Source: an uncultured Gammaproteobacteria bacterium
Lineage (GTDB): Bacteria; Patescibacteriota; Patescibacteriia; Magasanikbacterales; GCA-002688135
Length of the DNA: 64,000 bases
NCBI GenBank assembly: GCA_964536205.1
Contig: CAZHVT010000001.1
Coordinates: 5,944-69,943 of the forward strand
Direction: 5' to 3'
A program made the position numbers and the translations under genes. Of this stretch, positions 18,194-29,458 are shown piece after piece (position 1 is the stretch's first letter; each line of letters starts with the position of its first letter). Under the pieces are notes generated by a model. The model ran no database searches. It was given only the letters and a program-made list of their open reading frames with translations, and had not been told where the DNA came from.

Positions 18194-19252
18194 TTATCCT
18201 CCAATTTTAAATACACATACATCTCCATCTTGCATGACATATGTTTTTCCTTCAAGTCGAACCTTTCCCACTTCTTTTAATCCACCCCATCCGTTGTGTT
18301 CTACAAAATCATCGTATGTTGCGATTTCTGCCGCGATGAATTTCTTCTCAAAATCTCCATGGATTTTTCCGGCTGCTTGCGGCGCAGCTGTTCCTTTTTG
18401 GATTTTCCATGCGCGGGATTCAAGCTCTCCAGATGTGAGATACGTCATAAGATTCAATAATTCTTGTCCTGTTTTTATAACGCGAACCAACCCGCTTTCC
18501 TCCATTCCCAAATCGCTCATGAATTCTTTGGCTTCTTCTGCTGATAATTCTGAAAGTTCTGCTTCGATTTTTGCAGAGATTTTTACGATGGGGCAATTAA
18601 ATGTTCCCTTCAAATCTTCATCCTCGCCCTCGTCAGTGTTTTGGATAATGAAGTATGGTTTTGCGGTTAGTAAACTGAGTTCTTGGGCGAGATATTTTTC
18701 ATCTTCTTCAATTGCATCGATGATTGCTTTGCCTTGATCAAGTCGCGCTTTAAATTTCTCTAAAATGGAAAGGTCTTTCTCGAGTTCTTTGCTTGATCCT
18801 GCTTTCATGTTGCTTTTTGTTTTTTCAAGGCGTTTTTGTACGGTAGCGAGATCTGCCATGGCGAGTTCTATCATAATGACATCTAAATCGTTTTCCGGGT
18901 CGACGTCGCCGTGAACATGCATGACATCTTTATCTGTGAATGCGCGGATGACATGAGCTATCGCATCGACTTCGCGGATGTGTGCGAGAAATTGATTTCC
19001 CAATCCCTCACCTTCTGATGCACCTTTTACTAATCCGGCGATATCTACAAATTCAATTGTTGATGGGACGATTTTTTGTGATTGTGAAATTTCTGCGAGT
19101 TTGTCGAGGCGTTCGTCTGGAACATCAACAATACCGACTGATGGGTCGATTGTTGCGAATGCATAATTTGCAATCAATGTTTGTTTTTTGGTAAGAGCTT
19201 TGAATAAGGTTGATTTCCCTACATTCGGCAGCCCGACAATTCCAATTTTCAT
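18194..19252 (-). CDS. ychF: ribosome-binding ATPase YchF (Obg-like GTPase family)
   Basis: MKIGIVGLPNVGKSTLF P-loop, TIDPSVGIV, DIAGLVKGAS G-motifs and conserved C-terminal TGS-like region. Confidence 0.9.
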   Translation of the reverse strand: MKIGIVGLPNVGKSTLFKALTKKQTLIANYAFATIDPSVGIVDVPDERLDKLAEISQSQKIVPSTIEFVDIAGLVKGASEGEGLGNQFLAHIREVDAIAHVIRAFTDKDVMHVHGDVDPENDLDVIMIELAMADLATVQKRLEKTKSNMKAGSSKELEKDLSILEKFKARLDQGKAIIDAIEEDEKYLAQELSLLTAKPYFIIQNTDEGEDEDLKGTFNCPIVKISAKIEAELSELSAEEAKEFMSDLGMEESGLVRVIKTGQELLNLMTYLTSGELESRAWKIQKGTAAPQAAGKIHGDFEKKFIAAEIATYDDFVEHNGWGGLKEVGKVRLEGKTYVMQDGDVCVFKIGG

Positions 19253-19319
19253 AGATGAGGATTGTAGCATTTTTGCTCGTCTACATCAAGATTCTAAAAA
19301 CGCCCTTGCGGGCGATGTT

Positions 19320-19775
19320 TTAGAGTTTTTTGAGTGCTTCGATTTGGGAGTCTTCGAGGTGTATTACTGGGCGTTTTGATTGTACTTCTGCAATTGCTTC
19401 GTCCACCGACATCCCTGTGCTGATGAGATATGCTGCGACTAATGTTGGTGCGCGACCATGCCCGTTTTTGCAATGTACATATACTTTTTCATTTTGTCCG
19501 ACCAGCGATGCAATCATATCTACACCTGATTTGATTTGTGATGGATTTGGCGGCGTGTGATCTACTGTCGGAAGCCAGAGAAATAAATCAACTCCGTATG
19601 GCGCATCCAAATGTTCTTTTTCTAGTGAGATGTCAGATTTTACTCCGTTTGCTAATAACTCATCTTTGAAATGATCTACGCAACATGCGTTTGTTCCGAG
19701 ATAAATGTGGTCTGTGATTTGATTGTACTCAAAATCTGGCTGGCCTTCTTCGTGTGCTTTCATATATATTGTCAT
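19320..19775 (-). CDS. dual-specificity protein phosphatase
   Basis: VHCKNGHGRAPTLVAAYL = HCx2Gx2R(S/T) catalytic loop; the start codon is embedded in repeat R1 copy b. Confidence 0.7.
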   Translation of the reverse strand: MTIYMKAHEEGQPDFEYNQITDHIYLGTNACCVDHFKDELLANGVKSDISLEKEHLDAPYGVDLFLWLPTVDHTPPNPSQIKSGVDMIASLVGQNEKVYVHCKNGHGRAPTLVAAYLISTGMSVDEAIAEVQSKRPVIHLEDSQIEALKKL

Positions 19776-19796
19776 TCCCGCGAAGGCGGGGACCCA
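19771..19796 (+). repeat. R1 hairpin repeat copy b
   Basis: TGTCATTCCCGCGAAGGCGGGGACCC; overlaps the phosphatase start codon. Confidence 0.7.
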
Positions 19797-22700
19797 TTAA
19801 ATAACTTCCTCCTCCTCAATTATCTCCTCTACGACCTCTTCGACTGGGGTCACCTCTTCTTGTGTTTCTTCTTCTATTATTTCTTCTAGGATCTCTTGAG
19901 CTGTTTGTTCTTCTGCTTCTTCTGCTTCTTCGATTACTTCCTCAAAAACTTCTTCTACTACCTCTTCTTCGGCGGTTTCTTCATTTTCCTCTAAAGATGA
20001 AACAGGATTTGTTTCTTCTTCCTGTTCGATTATTTCCTCTTCAATCACCGCTTCTTCAACATCTACAACTGTTTCCTCTACAACTTCTTCAGTAACATCC
20101 TCAATTACCTCTTCTTGTGCTTCTTGCTCTAGCTCCTCAAATGTTGGGATTGGTTCTTCTGAAATGATTTCTTCTGGAGTTTCCGCTGCTTGTGCTGGTT
20201 CGCCAAATGGAATTGGTGGAGCTTGCGCTGCTTCGATTTCTGTTTCAACTCCTTCTTTTTGAACGATCCACCAATCGAGTAATGTGTATTCTGAAACTGG
20301 TGAGGACAGCATGATCGTGAATGATTCTCCTGGAATTTTTTCAGAAATATGGTAGCTTCTTCCTGCAAGATTGGTGAGGAAACTTACGAAAACTTTTGAA
20401 TTATCCTGAATTGCTGGCGTGATAACTTTCAGCGAATCATTTCCTGTTTCAATCACCCCCTCACCGATCGTTGGGGCATTGAGGTTTTGCTCAACAACGT
20501 ATTCTTCCGATGTAATTCGTTTTACTGAAATCTTACCATCTTGATCAATCGCCCATGTTCCTCGAGTTGAAGTAATTGCTGTTGCCAACATATCAGAGCT
20601 ACTTGGTGACGATAAACTTCCATCTGAATTTTCTCCAATTGAAAGTGTTGTGCTTGATGTCATCATGCCGGCTCGAACCAATGTTTTGATATTTCCCATT
20701 CCTTCATCATGACTTTCCAGAGCTGTTGCAACAACAATTGCGTTGATTCCTATTGCAAGACTTGAATCGTATTTCATGAGATATCCTGGTTCTGATGCGG
20801 TCACCAACATATCTCCAACCTTAATTGCACCATTTTCATCTGATACATTTGTGTTTACCAGTCCGGCCAATGCGAGCGCTGCGCGATTCTCACCGCGAGC
20901 CCCCATCACAAAGGCAGCAGTGTTTGAAATGATACCTGCTGCAGATGATGAATATGCTTCATCAACTTTTTTGAATTTTCCTTCATGTTCTGGGTCTGGC
21001 ATTACTACATCTCCAGACTCTACAAATTGTCCAGGCGCAAGATCAACATACTCAGCAAGATCACCAATTCCGAAGTCTGTTGAGTTTGCTATGAAACTGT
21101 TTTTTGCGTATACATTTCCGCCTGCACCGACATGGAATTTCGGTGTTCCTCCATTTGAAACTGTGAGTAATGTTCGATCGAGTGCATCTGTCGATGATGT
21201 GATGGAATTTTCCGTGTCAAAGTGAAATGCTGTTGCACCTTCAGCATCTTGAATCCCAGAGAAAAATGTTGTTGTTGTGAAATTACCAGATGGATCGATT
21301 GCATAACCGATTTCAAGCAATGTCCTGTTTACGCTTCCGTCTTCTGTGGTTGTACTGAATGATACGAGGTTTCCTTGGTCTATATCTGTTCCAGTAACCG
21401 CAAATCCAAATGCTGAAGTTCCGTCCGAGTTTGTTGGCTGCGATACAAGTGACCCAGCACTTGAAAAGAATATCGCATTCCCCGCCATTGCATCTGTTGT
21501 ATCGACGGTAAGCGTACCATTTACGAATATTCCTCCTGCAACCTGAAGTTTTGCTCCTTCTGCAGTCGTATTAAGTGTTGTTGAGCTAATTCCTACGAAT
21601 CCCCCTCCAGTTGTGTCCGCAATAATAATCGGTGCATTTCCAGTAGATCCATGTCCGATGTGTGCAGTTCCAGATGTGTATAATTCTGTCCATGCATTTC
21701 CTGGTTCACCTAAGTCGCGTGTTCCGTTTGGAATGACATCTGATGTGATAACACCTTGGATGGTGATTCCATCTCCTCCGTCACTTGAGCCAAGTATGAC
21801 TGCACCTTCTGCTGAAAATACTTGATTGTTTGTGACAGTTAATGCGCTGAAATATCCTGGGCCACCAAAGAATGTTCCAGAAGCATAAATGTCATCCAAT
21901 GCATTGTTTACTGCTCCAATATCGTATGTGTTGTGTGTGCCAAGTGATACTTCGGAATTCAGTGTGATTCCAGCATTGAACGTAGAGGTTGCATTTACTG
22001 TGAGTGTGTCTTGAGATGACGCTGTGAATGTATCACCGATGATCATATTTCCTCCAAAATATGATTCGTAACCATCCCCTAATATTAACCCGTAATTCAT
22101 GTATCCACCTCCAAAAATAGTACTGGTTGCAATCGCCACTCCATTTTGAGCACCGTTTTGAATTCTAACTACTGGAAGCCCACTTGCCCCCCCATTGGTA
22201 GCTCCTCCGAGGTGTGCTGCTCCAGATGCATATAACCCTTGAAATGATAATGATTGTGATCCTAAATCTGTCGAGGCTGTTGCTTTAGGAAGAAGGTTCT
22301 GGCCGAATCTTGCTATTCCATTAAATGTAATGTTATCTCCGGATCCATCTCCTAGCGTGACATGACTGTTGAATGAAACTTGGTCTCTTACAGAAGTTGT
22401 TGAGTAGATGAGTAATGAGTCCCCTGCAGAATTGTCACCAATGATTACGCGCTCATCGAATTGTATGTCTGATTCAAATGTAGACGATGAGTGGACTACT
22501 AAATTATTTCCACTATTTGTTCCTATTACCACATCCCCTTCAGCTGTTAATGCTGATTCAAACGATGATGTTGAATGCACTCGTAAACTATTGCTATTGT
22601 TGGTTCCAATATAAAATTCTCCATCAATTCCAGCATTGTTTGCAAAAGTTGTTGATGCGTTTACGGTAACCAAGTCAGTCCCCGCACTTCCGATCGCATC

Positions 22701-24368
22701 TGGAAGCATTGTTGATGCGTACATTGTTCCTGATGTGTATGTGTTCCCATTTCCATCAATTGAGAATTTTTCTTCGCCTTGTTGTCTCACCATCAATAAC
22801 GATCGGTTTTCTGCTACGGTCAAACCTCGTGCTGTATCAAATACAAATGCACCTGCTCCAGCCTGATCCAAAACTTCTGATTTGAATAGAACTTCTGCTG
22901 TATCTGTTCCGTAAATGAATAGTCTCGTTGCATCATCTGAAGACAAAGCTAGAATCGGTGATTTCGATGCATCATCTTCATTATCAATTCGAACAGCTGC
23001 CGTGCTTGATGTATCCGTCAAATTATGCTGACTTGAATTTGATGTTCCTTCCAGCTCGACCCATCCACCTGCAACATACAGATCACTTACTCCAGCACTC
23101 CAACTTCCGGAGATAAACTGTCCTAAACCAGCATCGTCCAACGTCACTCCATCGTCATCCATCCCAATAAACAACGCCTTTCCATTTGACCTTTGATCCA
23201 TAATCACAAGCTGAGATTCCCCCATATTTAAATCTTGTCCATTTTCATCCATTGCATGAATGATAACTGAAGCCTCACGATTATTTCCCAACCCTTGTTT
23301 TGTATTTATTAATAATGCATGGTCATCGTATGCCATGTCTTGGTTCTCGTTAATATACACGTTGTTGAATAGCGATGTATCCCCTGAAATATCGAGTGTC
23401 GAACTTCCATAAAATGCTCCGCCAGAATCTACCCAAGCTAGCAAACTTGAGGAGGCGGAATTTACCCATTGTGTGAGATGTCCGGAAGTTCCTGTTGCGT
23501 GAATTGAGAGTGCTGGCTGTCCGGAGTCCGGGACGATGGTGAGTTTACCGACTGCTGTTGATGTACCAAATGCAAGATCGTCTGATGTGTCATCGAGTGT
23601 GATCGTTCCTCCGTTATCTGTAATTCCTCCTCCGCCACATCCTGTACATGTTCCGGAAACCGTGAGGTCTCCTGTGTACATTGTTCCAGATGCAAAAACA
23701 TCTCCATCTTCATCAACGCGGAATTTTTCTGTGCCCCCAACCGCAAGACCCAGCAGTGTGTAGTCTGCTGTTGCTGATGCTGGGTTGATGTAGAGCACAC
23801 CGCCAGCTACTTCAGTGCTTGTTGGCGTTCCGGTAAAAACGAAATCTCCATTGCTTAATGCTGCTGGAATGTATGCTCCTGTTCCGCCGGCTGTGGATGT
23901 TGCAAGTCCAGAGAGATAGAGTGCGTTGTATGCGAAACCGACGTTGTTTAATTGTTTGCGTGGCGTCATTTCTGAATCTGATGCAACGGTGACGCCGAGA
24001 AAAAGATTGTTTGATTGGAAAATTGTTGGATCGATGGTATTTGTATCTGATCCATCTCCTAAGTTTACAGAGAAAATTCCGCCGGTTACCGTGACGGTAA
24101 CTGCAGTTGGCGTTCCACATGTTCCTGATGCAGTGTATTGACATGATCCGCCAGTTGATGCGTCGTAGATTGAAAATTTGATACTATAATCACCATCTGA
24201 AACCGTAGTTCCTGTGCTATCGGAGAGTTTTCCTTGATATGTGATGATGCCGTCAAATGCGTGAGCTGGTGTTGCGAAAAAGATTATTGAGATGCTTACC
24301 ATGACAAAAACCATCACAGTAAATGTGATCTTAAAAAACCATTCAGTACGTGACAAGAATGGGGGCAT
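19797..24368 (-). CDS. giant secreted/surface protein (1523 aa): signal peptide, Gly/Thr/Ser-rich beta-repeat region, strongly acidic Glu/Val/Ile C-terminal tail
   Basis: N-terminal hydrophobic leader ending AHA-FDG; long low-complexity G/T/S repeats; last about 150 aa roughly 50% Glu. Confidence 0.65.
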   Translation of the reverse strand: MPPFLSRTEWFFKITFTVMVFVMVSISIIFFATPAHAFDGIITYQGKLSDSTGTTVSDGDYSIKFSIYDASTGGSCQYTASGTCGTPTAVTVTVTGGIFSVNLGDGSDTNTIDPTIFQSNNLFLGVTVASDSEMTPRKQLNNVGFAYNALYLSGLATSTAGGTGAYIPAALSNGDFVFTGTPTSTEVAGGVLYINPASATADYTLLGLAVGGTEKFRVDEDGDVFASGTMYTGDLTVSGTCTGCGGGGITDNGGTITLDDTSDDLAFGTSTAVGKLTIVPDSGQPALSIHATGTSGHLTQWVNSASSSLLAWVDSGGAFYGSSTLDISGDTSLFNNVYINENQDMAYDDHALLINTKQGLGNNREASVIIHAMDENGQDLNMGESQLVIMDQRSNGKALFIGMDDDGVTLDDAGLGQFISGSWSAGVSDLYVAGGWVELEGTSNSSQHNLTDTSSTAAVRIDNEDDASKSPILALSSDDATRLFIYGTDTAEVLFKSEVLDQAGAGAFVFDTARGLTVAENRSLLMVRQQGEEKFSIDGNGNTYTSGTMYASTMLPDAIGSAGTDLVTVNASTTFANNAGIDGEFYIGTNNSNSLRVHSTSSFESALTAEGDVVIGTNSGNNLVVHSSSTFESDIQFDERVIIGDNSAGDSLLIYSTTSVRDQVSFNSHVTLGDGSGDNITFNGIARFGQNLLPKATASTDLGSQSLSFQGLYASGAAHLGGATNGGASGLPVVRIQNGAQNGVAIATSTIFGGGYMNYGLILGDGYESYFGGNMIIGDTFTASSQDTLTVNATSTFNAGITLNSEVSLGTHNTYDIGAVNNALDDIYASGTFFGGPGYFSALTVTNNQVFSAEGAVILGSSDGGDGITIQGVITSDVIPNGTRDLGEPGNAWTELYTSGTAHIGHGSTGNAPIIIADTTGGGFVGISSTTLNTTAEGAKLQVAGGIFVNGTLTVDTTDAMAGNAIFFSSAGSLVSQPTNSDGTSAFGFAVTGTDIDQGNLVSFSTTTEDGSVNRTLLEIGYAIDPSGNFTTTTFFSGIQDAEGATAFHFDTENSITSSTDALDRTLLTVSNGGTPKFHVGAGGNVYAKNSFIANSTDFGIGDLAEYVDLAPGQFVESGDVVMPDPEHEGKFKKVDEAYSSSAAGIISNTAAFVMGARGENRAALALAGLVNTNVSDENGAIKVGDMLVTASEPGYLMKYDSSLAIGINAIVVATALESHDEGMGNIKTLVRAGMMTSSTTLSIGENSDGSLSSPSSSDMLATAITSTRGTWAIDQDGKISVKRITSEEYVVEQNLNAPTIGEGVIETGNDSLKVITPAIQDNSKVFVSFLTNLAGRSYHISEKIPGESFTIMLSSPVSEYTLLDWWIVQKEGVETEIEAAQAPPIPFGEPAQAAETPEEIISEEPIPTFEELEQEAQEEVIEDVTEEVVEETVVDVEEAVIEEEIIEQEEETNPVSSLEENEETAEEEVVEEVFEEVIEEAEEAEEQTAQEILEEIIEEETQEEVTPVEEVVEEIIEEEEVI

Positions 24369-24572
24369 AATCTCCTTCGCGGAATATTATTTCCGGTTAC
24401 TTATTATACCATGAAAAGATATATTTTTTTATACTTTTTATGATGATTTCTGTGTATAAATTCTACATAAACTTTTTCTAAATTTAGGATGAAATAAATA
24501 TTTTAACTTGGAAAGAAAAAAACGGCCCTGGCCGTTTTTCTCATAGAACACTGAACTTAGAACTTGAAACAT

Positions 24573-27500
24573 TTAAGAGCCTTTTCCCTCACCAAAATAT
24601 CCTCCAGATTTTGGTAATGGTGGTAGTTTTGGAGGTGAGTCCGTATCACTCTCGCTTTCAGGTGTTTTTTCAGTGGGTTTTTTACCTTCATGAAATAGAT
24701 CCTTTGGTTCATTTGGATTTGTTGGTGTTTTGTCTGTTTCTGGAGTTGTTTTTTTCTCTGAAGGTAACGCTGTTGGAGTTGATCCCGAATCTGGGTGTTT
24801 TTGGGTGGTTTGTGCTTCTTCGAGCTGCTTATCCTGTTGTTGTGTGCTTTGTTCTTGTGTTTTTTGTTCCTGGCCTTCGCCGCGCTCTAACATTACTTTT
24901 TCACCAATAATTGTGGCTTCTTTTTTGTCTGATAAATCGAATACCTCACTCTTTTTCTTAATGAATCCCTTCTTTTCGTAGGTGACGTAGTATGTGCGTT
25001 GTGATGCGAGAAAGGCATATCTGCCGCGTGCATCAGTAAGTTGTGTATCCAACAGCTTGTTGTATTCTGTGTCGAAAATACGTGCAACTGTGTATCGCAA
25101 CGGTTTTCGTACAAATGCATCGAATACAATTCCCCATTCTTTTGGTTTCTTTGGATATGCAAGACGTCTTATGAGGAAGAATAATGCGATGTGAGCGAAT
25201 AGAATGAATATTGTTTTTGCGGTTGGAACAATGATTACCGAAACGAGCGCTAATACAATTCCCAACATTGAGATCCCAACTTGTACTTTTCGACCGATCG
25301 CCTTGAATATCAATTTCTTGATTGAAACATTGTCTGCCTTAGCTGGATCCAGAGGAATGTTTGGTGCGATGCGATGTGCTTCATTTTCAACGACGATTTC
25401 TTCGTTATGATAAAGTTCTGCGTATCGCCCATCAAGTTGTGTATCTTTGACGTATGTTGATGGGAAGGTGAATTTGTTTTTTGATGCTTCAAGTCTGTAT
25501 CTTCCTTGATCTACGAAGAATGCATATCGTCCGAGTTTGTCTGTGATTTTTGTTCTGATGATTCGCCCGGAATTTACATCGATCAGTCGAACATATGCGA
25601 GATCAACAGGATTTTTTGTGAGTGAGTTATATACCACTCCCCAACCCTTTCTTTTGCGTCGACTGAATAGCAAGAGTGGTTGTGTGAACATGAATTGAAG
25701 ATAGTGCAGCATCGAAGGCAAACCTGTTGCCGCGACAGTGTTTACTGCGATAGCTGTTGCAACAGTTGGAGCAACTGTTTGCTCCGTCGCATCCTCAACC
25801 TCTGGATTTTGTACGAATTTGATTGTTTCACGCACAGCAATTTTTGATCCATATGCAACTTTTTCTCCAACGTTTTCAGTGACATTTAATATGTTTTCGA
25901 GAACTGGAGCGTCGGGATCTATTACATCTGCGATTTTTTTCGGTATGCGAAATAGATCGAACGATCGATTTATGATGTTGTTTTCTATATCGAATGTTAC
26001 TGTTTCAGTTCGATGTCCTGGCTCACTTACTTCAATTTTGTATCGTCCATTTGGAATCATAAATCCGAACAGTCCATTTCCTGAAGTTGTGGTTGGATTT
26101 GTTTGACCATACGGCGATACATCAATATTGTTTCCATCTACGTCTGTGAGTTTGATTGAAGCTCCTGGAAGTGCAGTGAGTGTGCCGTCAGTTTTTGATG
26201 ATACTAACCCATACAGCGCCCCGCCGATTGTAAATGATGTTGTGTCTTCACTTCCGTCAGAGTATGCCACTCGCACAAATGATGATTCTTGGCCGGCTTT
26301 TTTCATCAGTGTTGCGTGATAGGATTTGTCACTTTCTTTGAGTGAGAATGTTTGTTCTCCGGTTACTAATGTGACTGATTGTACTTCTTTTTCAGCTTGT
26401 AGATTCTTTTTAGGTACGACTACACTTAGATCAAATCCTGTCAGAACTGTGACGGTATTTTTTATTGGCTTGAGTGTAATCGAGTATGAAGCGGTTGCAA
26501 ATGCAAGATCATTGATGTCGAAAACATCTTCTGGTGCGCTGCCAAATCCTATTAATCCCAGCGCTGTGTCAGCTATCCCCTTTTCTTCTTCTCCTTTTGG
26601 AATATCTGCAGCCTCATCAGCTCCTGCATCCTCACCATCACCACCTTGCGGTGGTTTGAATGGAATTTCGTCAGGAATTCCCGGCTCTTCTCCGTCGGTT
26701 TCTGGAAAGGCATCTTCATCGCACGCATCTCCAATTCCATTTGCATCTTTGTCGATTTGATCAGGATTGTGAACATCTGGGCAGTTATCCTCGTCATTTG
26801 GAAATCCATCGTTGTCTTTATCTGCGGCTACTGGCTCATCTTCCGGTTTTGGTTCAATCAAATCTCCTTGTGCGAGCGCGCCTGATGAAACATTTCCAGA
26901 TGTGTCTTTTGTGAATGCAACGAAATACACTTGTTTTGGAAATGATGCTTCTTTTGGAACTGAAATTATGATTGATGTTGTTTCTGCTGTTGTGGTTACG
27001 AGTGATAATCCGTCAGTTATACTTGTTGGTTTTGTATCTAAATTGTATCGAATAACTGTGCTTTCAAAATCTGGAACTGGTGGATTTTTCCATTTGAGAA
27101 TTGCGAGCCATGAGTAGTTGTTTTCTCCGATTGGTTCTGGAATTAAGTTTGCCTGAAAATCGATGACGTTTGGTGGTGACACTTCGTCAGTTAGTGTGTT
27201 AAATGTTTTTATTTCGAGTGTTCCATTTGATTGCGCATCAGCCACAAATACATTCACCTCTTGTGATGCATTTGAAATCAAATTCACAAATGTTGCGGTG
27301 TGTGTTGTGCTAAATCCTTCTGGTGCTTTTGTTTGTGGCTCAACCGTTTCGTGTTCTTGGTCAATTATTTGGATGACACTTGTGGTTGGCTCGTTCGTTG
27401 TTACCGTAATTGTTGCTGTGGTTTGGGTGATGTTTGTGATTTCAAATGATAGGATTTGTGGTGCAGTTGTGTCTGGAGTTTGGAATGATCCGACATCACT

Positions 27501-28553
27501 TGTTGTTGTTCCATAAGCACCCTCGGCTTTGACTATGTAAAAGTAGGTTGTGTCTGATAACAATTCTGAAATTGGAATTGCATGATTTGTTTCGTCTTGA
27601 GGATTTATGAGGATGATATCAAACGGCCCTTCGATGGATGTCGAGAGACTCACGTTTGATGCAACTGCTTCGCTTGTTTGCCAACTTAAAATTCCACTTG
27701 TGTCGCTGACTGATTGATATGAGATGCCGCTTATAGTTGGTGGTACACCTGTTGTGGTTGCTGATGTTTCGACTTCTTCAGATTCTTGATCTGTGGCGGA
27801 TGTGAGTCTTATAAAATATTCTGTGAGTGGTTCGAGTTGTGTGATTCCTACACTGTGTTGCGTGCTTAATTCTGCTGTATATGATTGTCCAATTTCATAT
27901 GCCGCGGTTTTTCCAAGTTCGAGTTTTGTGTCTGCGTCTTTATTTGTTACCCACGTTACAGTGATTTTGCCGGCTGTATCTGCATCTACTTGCACATCTG
28001 TTATTTCAAGTGCGACAAAATCTGCGGCTGGTGTAGTGATAACCACCTCTTCTTGCACAGCTAATTCTGTGTCTGTTGCTGATGAGATTTTTCCAAAATA
28101 CGTGATTTCAGGATTCAGACCTGTTAGCACCATTGTGTGATTACTCAATTCATTTGGGTCGTACGTGGATCCGAGTTCGTAGTTTAATGTTGTCCCCCAT
28201 TCCACTTGAGAATCTGCTGCATGATTCGTGGTCCATGTGATTTTCATGGATGTTCCTGATATCGGAGTTACTACCACATTTGAGATTGCGAGTGATGCTG
28301 GTGGATCTGGATCTAATGGGTCAACTGGAGGATCTGCTGGAGGATCTGGCTGACTAGGAGCTCCCCCGCCGCCTCCGGACGGAACAGTTGCCTCAATAAT
28401 CACATTTCCGGTACTTGTTGATATGATTTGAGAATGCGCGTCCTGTACTCCGGTTTGCATCAATCCAAAAGCTCCGAGCGCGAGCGCGGTGATTGCAATA
28501 TATATGTGTATGCTTTTTTGTAGGCGCTTAATCATATTGATTATCGTCATTTT
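24573..28553 (-). CDS. giant surface protein (about 1320 aa) with Fn3-like repeats, thrombospondin type-3 Ca-binding repeats, carboxypeptidase-regulatory-like domains and internal TM segments
   Basis: Signal peptide; repeated S..V.W.T Fn3-like units; DKDNDGFPNDEDNCPDVHNPDQIDKDANGIGDACDED is a TSP3 repeat; GRYKIEVSEPGH / GRYAFLASQ CarbopepD_reg-like; start is approximate. Confidence 0.65.
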   Translation of the reverse strand, partial: KMTIINMIKRLQKSIHIYIAITALALGAFGLMQTGVQDAHSQIISTSTGNVIIEATVPSGGGGGAPSQPDPPADPPVDPLDPDPPASLAISNVVVTPISGTSMKITWTTNHAADSQVEWGTTLNYELGSTYDPNELSNHTMVLTGLNPEITYFGKISSATDTELAVQEEVVITTPAADFVALEITDVQVDADTAGKITVTWVTNKDADTKLELGKTAAYEIGQSYTAELSTQHSVGITQLEPLTEYFIRLTSATDQESEEVETSATTTGVPPTISGISYQSVSDTSGILSWQTSEAVASNVSLSTSIEGPFDIILINPQDETNHAIPISELLSDTTYFYIVKAEGAYGTTTSDVGSFQTPDTTAPQILSFEITNITQTTATITVTTNEPTTSVIQIIDQEHETVEPQTKAPEGFSTTHTATFVNLISNASQEVNVFVADAQSNGTLEIKTFNTLTDEVSPPNVIDFQANLIPEPIGENNYSWLAILKWKNPPVPDFESTVIRYNLDTKPTSITDGLSLVTTTAETTSIIISVPKEASFPKQVYFVAFTKDTSGNVSSGALAQGDLIEPKPEDEPVAADKDNDGFPNDEDNCPDVHNPDQIDKDANGIGDACDEDAFPETDGEEPGIPDEIPFKPPQGGDGEDAGADEAADIPKGEEEKGIADTALGLIGFGSAPEDVFDINDLAFATASYSITLKPIKNTVTVLTGFDLSVVVPKKNLQAEKEVQSVTLVTGEQTFSLKESDKSYHATLMKKAGQESSFVRVAYSDGSEDTTSFTIGGALYGLVSSKTDGTLTALPGASIKLTDVDGNNIDVSPYGQTNPTTTSGNGLFGFMIPNGRYKIEVSEPGHRTETVTFDIENNIINRSFDLFRIPKKIADVIDPDAPVLENILNVTENVGEKVAYGSKIAVRETIKFVQNPEVEDATEQTVAPTVATAIAVNTVAATGLPSMLHYLQFMFTQPLLLFSRRKRKGWGVVYNSLTKNPVDLAYVRLIDVNSGRIIRTKITDKLGRYAFFVDQGRYRLEASKNKFTFPSTYVKDTQLDGRYAELYHNEEIVVENEAHRIAPNIPLDPAKADNVSIKKLIFKAIGRKVQVGISMLGIVLALVSVIIVPTAKTIFILFAHIALFFLIRRLAYPKKPKEWGIVFDAFVRKPLRYTVARIFDTEYNKLLDTQLTDARGRYAFLASQRTYYVTYEKKGFIKKKSEVFDLSDKKEATIIGEKVMLERGEGQEQKTQEQSTQQQDKQLEEAQTTQKHPDSGSTPTALPSEKKTTPETDKTPTNPNEPKDLFHEGKKPTEKTPESESDTDSPPKLPPLPKSGGYFGEGKGS

Positions 28554-29452
28554 TTTCGTTTTTGTATTATCATCCAGCCGAATAATGGCAAGAAAAAGAT
28601 CCACAATAATGGCGTGTAGATTATGAAACGTGATGTTAGTACCTCTCCCTGATAACCATTAAGTTGTAATTCGGCTTCGTACAATCCAATGCTTAGTGGG
28701 CTGAGCGCGTCATACCATTTGTTGTTTGCGTTCCAATATTGTCTGATTGTGCGTTGTGAATTTGGTAGGATTTTGTGAAAATCTTCGTTTATGGTTACGA
28801 AGTCTTGTGCCCCGGTAAATATATTTGTGACACTAATAATTCCTTGTGGTGTTGTATGAATTGAGCCTGTGTTTTCTAACATGAAAGATAGTTCAACTGG
28901 AAATCCTATAATTGTTTTGGGGGTTGCTGTGAACTCTTTAATTTCTTTTGTGATTTTCATGTCTCCCTCAACTGTGATGAAATGCAGAATTCCAACTTCA
29001 TTTGCGCTTGCGATGATTGCGTTTTCCGGAGGTCGTGTTCGTGCAAAAACTGCTGCGTAATATCCTCCTGGGTTTGCATCTGGCGGAACTGTTATGGTGA
29101 TGGGAATTTTTTTTGTTTCTTGTGGTTCAAGTGATATTTCTTGTTGTGGTACTTGAAACCATCTTACTGGCAAAGTCTCACTATCATCTGTAAATTCTGG
29201 CACACCTTCTGTTTCTCCTGCTGTGAATGCACGGACTTTAAAACTTACGAGTTCGATGAATGACGATTGATTGCTCACTTCTACTTCGAATTCGTGCCTT
29301 ACTCCTGCTTCTCCGATTACTTCTTTGGTGAATGGGCGTACACCGAGCGCGTCAGCTTTTGTTGGGATTATTACTGCTGTAAAACCTAATATCAATGCCA
29401 TCAATACTAAGATTGAGTGCCTATTTGTGTGAGTTTTTCTTAAAGTAAGCAT
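28547..29452 (-). CDS. cell-surface protein with N-terminal signal peptide and C-terminal TM anchor followed by KRKK
   Basis: Architecture read from hydrophobicity; ends LWIFFLPLFGWMIIQKRKK. Confidence 0.5.
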   Translation of the reverse strand: MLTLRKTHTNRHSILVLMALILGFTAVIIPTKADALGVRPFTKEVIGEAGVRHEFEVEVSNQSSFIELVSFKVRAFTAGETEGVPEFTDDSETLPVRWFQVPQQEISLEPQETKKIPITITVPPDANPGGYYAAVFARTRPPENAIIASANEVGILHFITVEGDMKITKEIKEFTATPKTIIGFPVELSFMLENTGSIHTTPQGIISVTNIFTGAQDFVTINEDFHKILPNSQRTIRQYWNANNKWYDALSPLSIGLYEAELQLNGYQGEVLTSRFIIYTPLLWIFFLPLFGWMIIQKRKK

Positions 29453-29458
29453 GTATTA

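Noticed and set aside
19862-20368. Leu-rich and Gln/Lys-rich ORFs (77 aa, 79 aa) inside the giant protein gene
   Set aside because: They are antisense or shifted-frame translations of the low-complexity acidic-tail coding repeats and are not independent genes. The same applies to the many 60-160 aa ORFs embedded in both giant protein genes.
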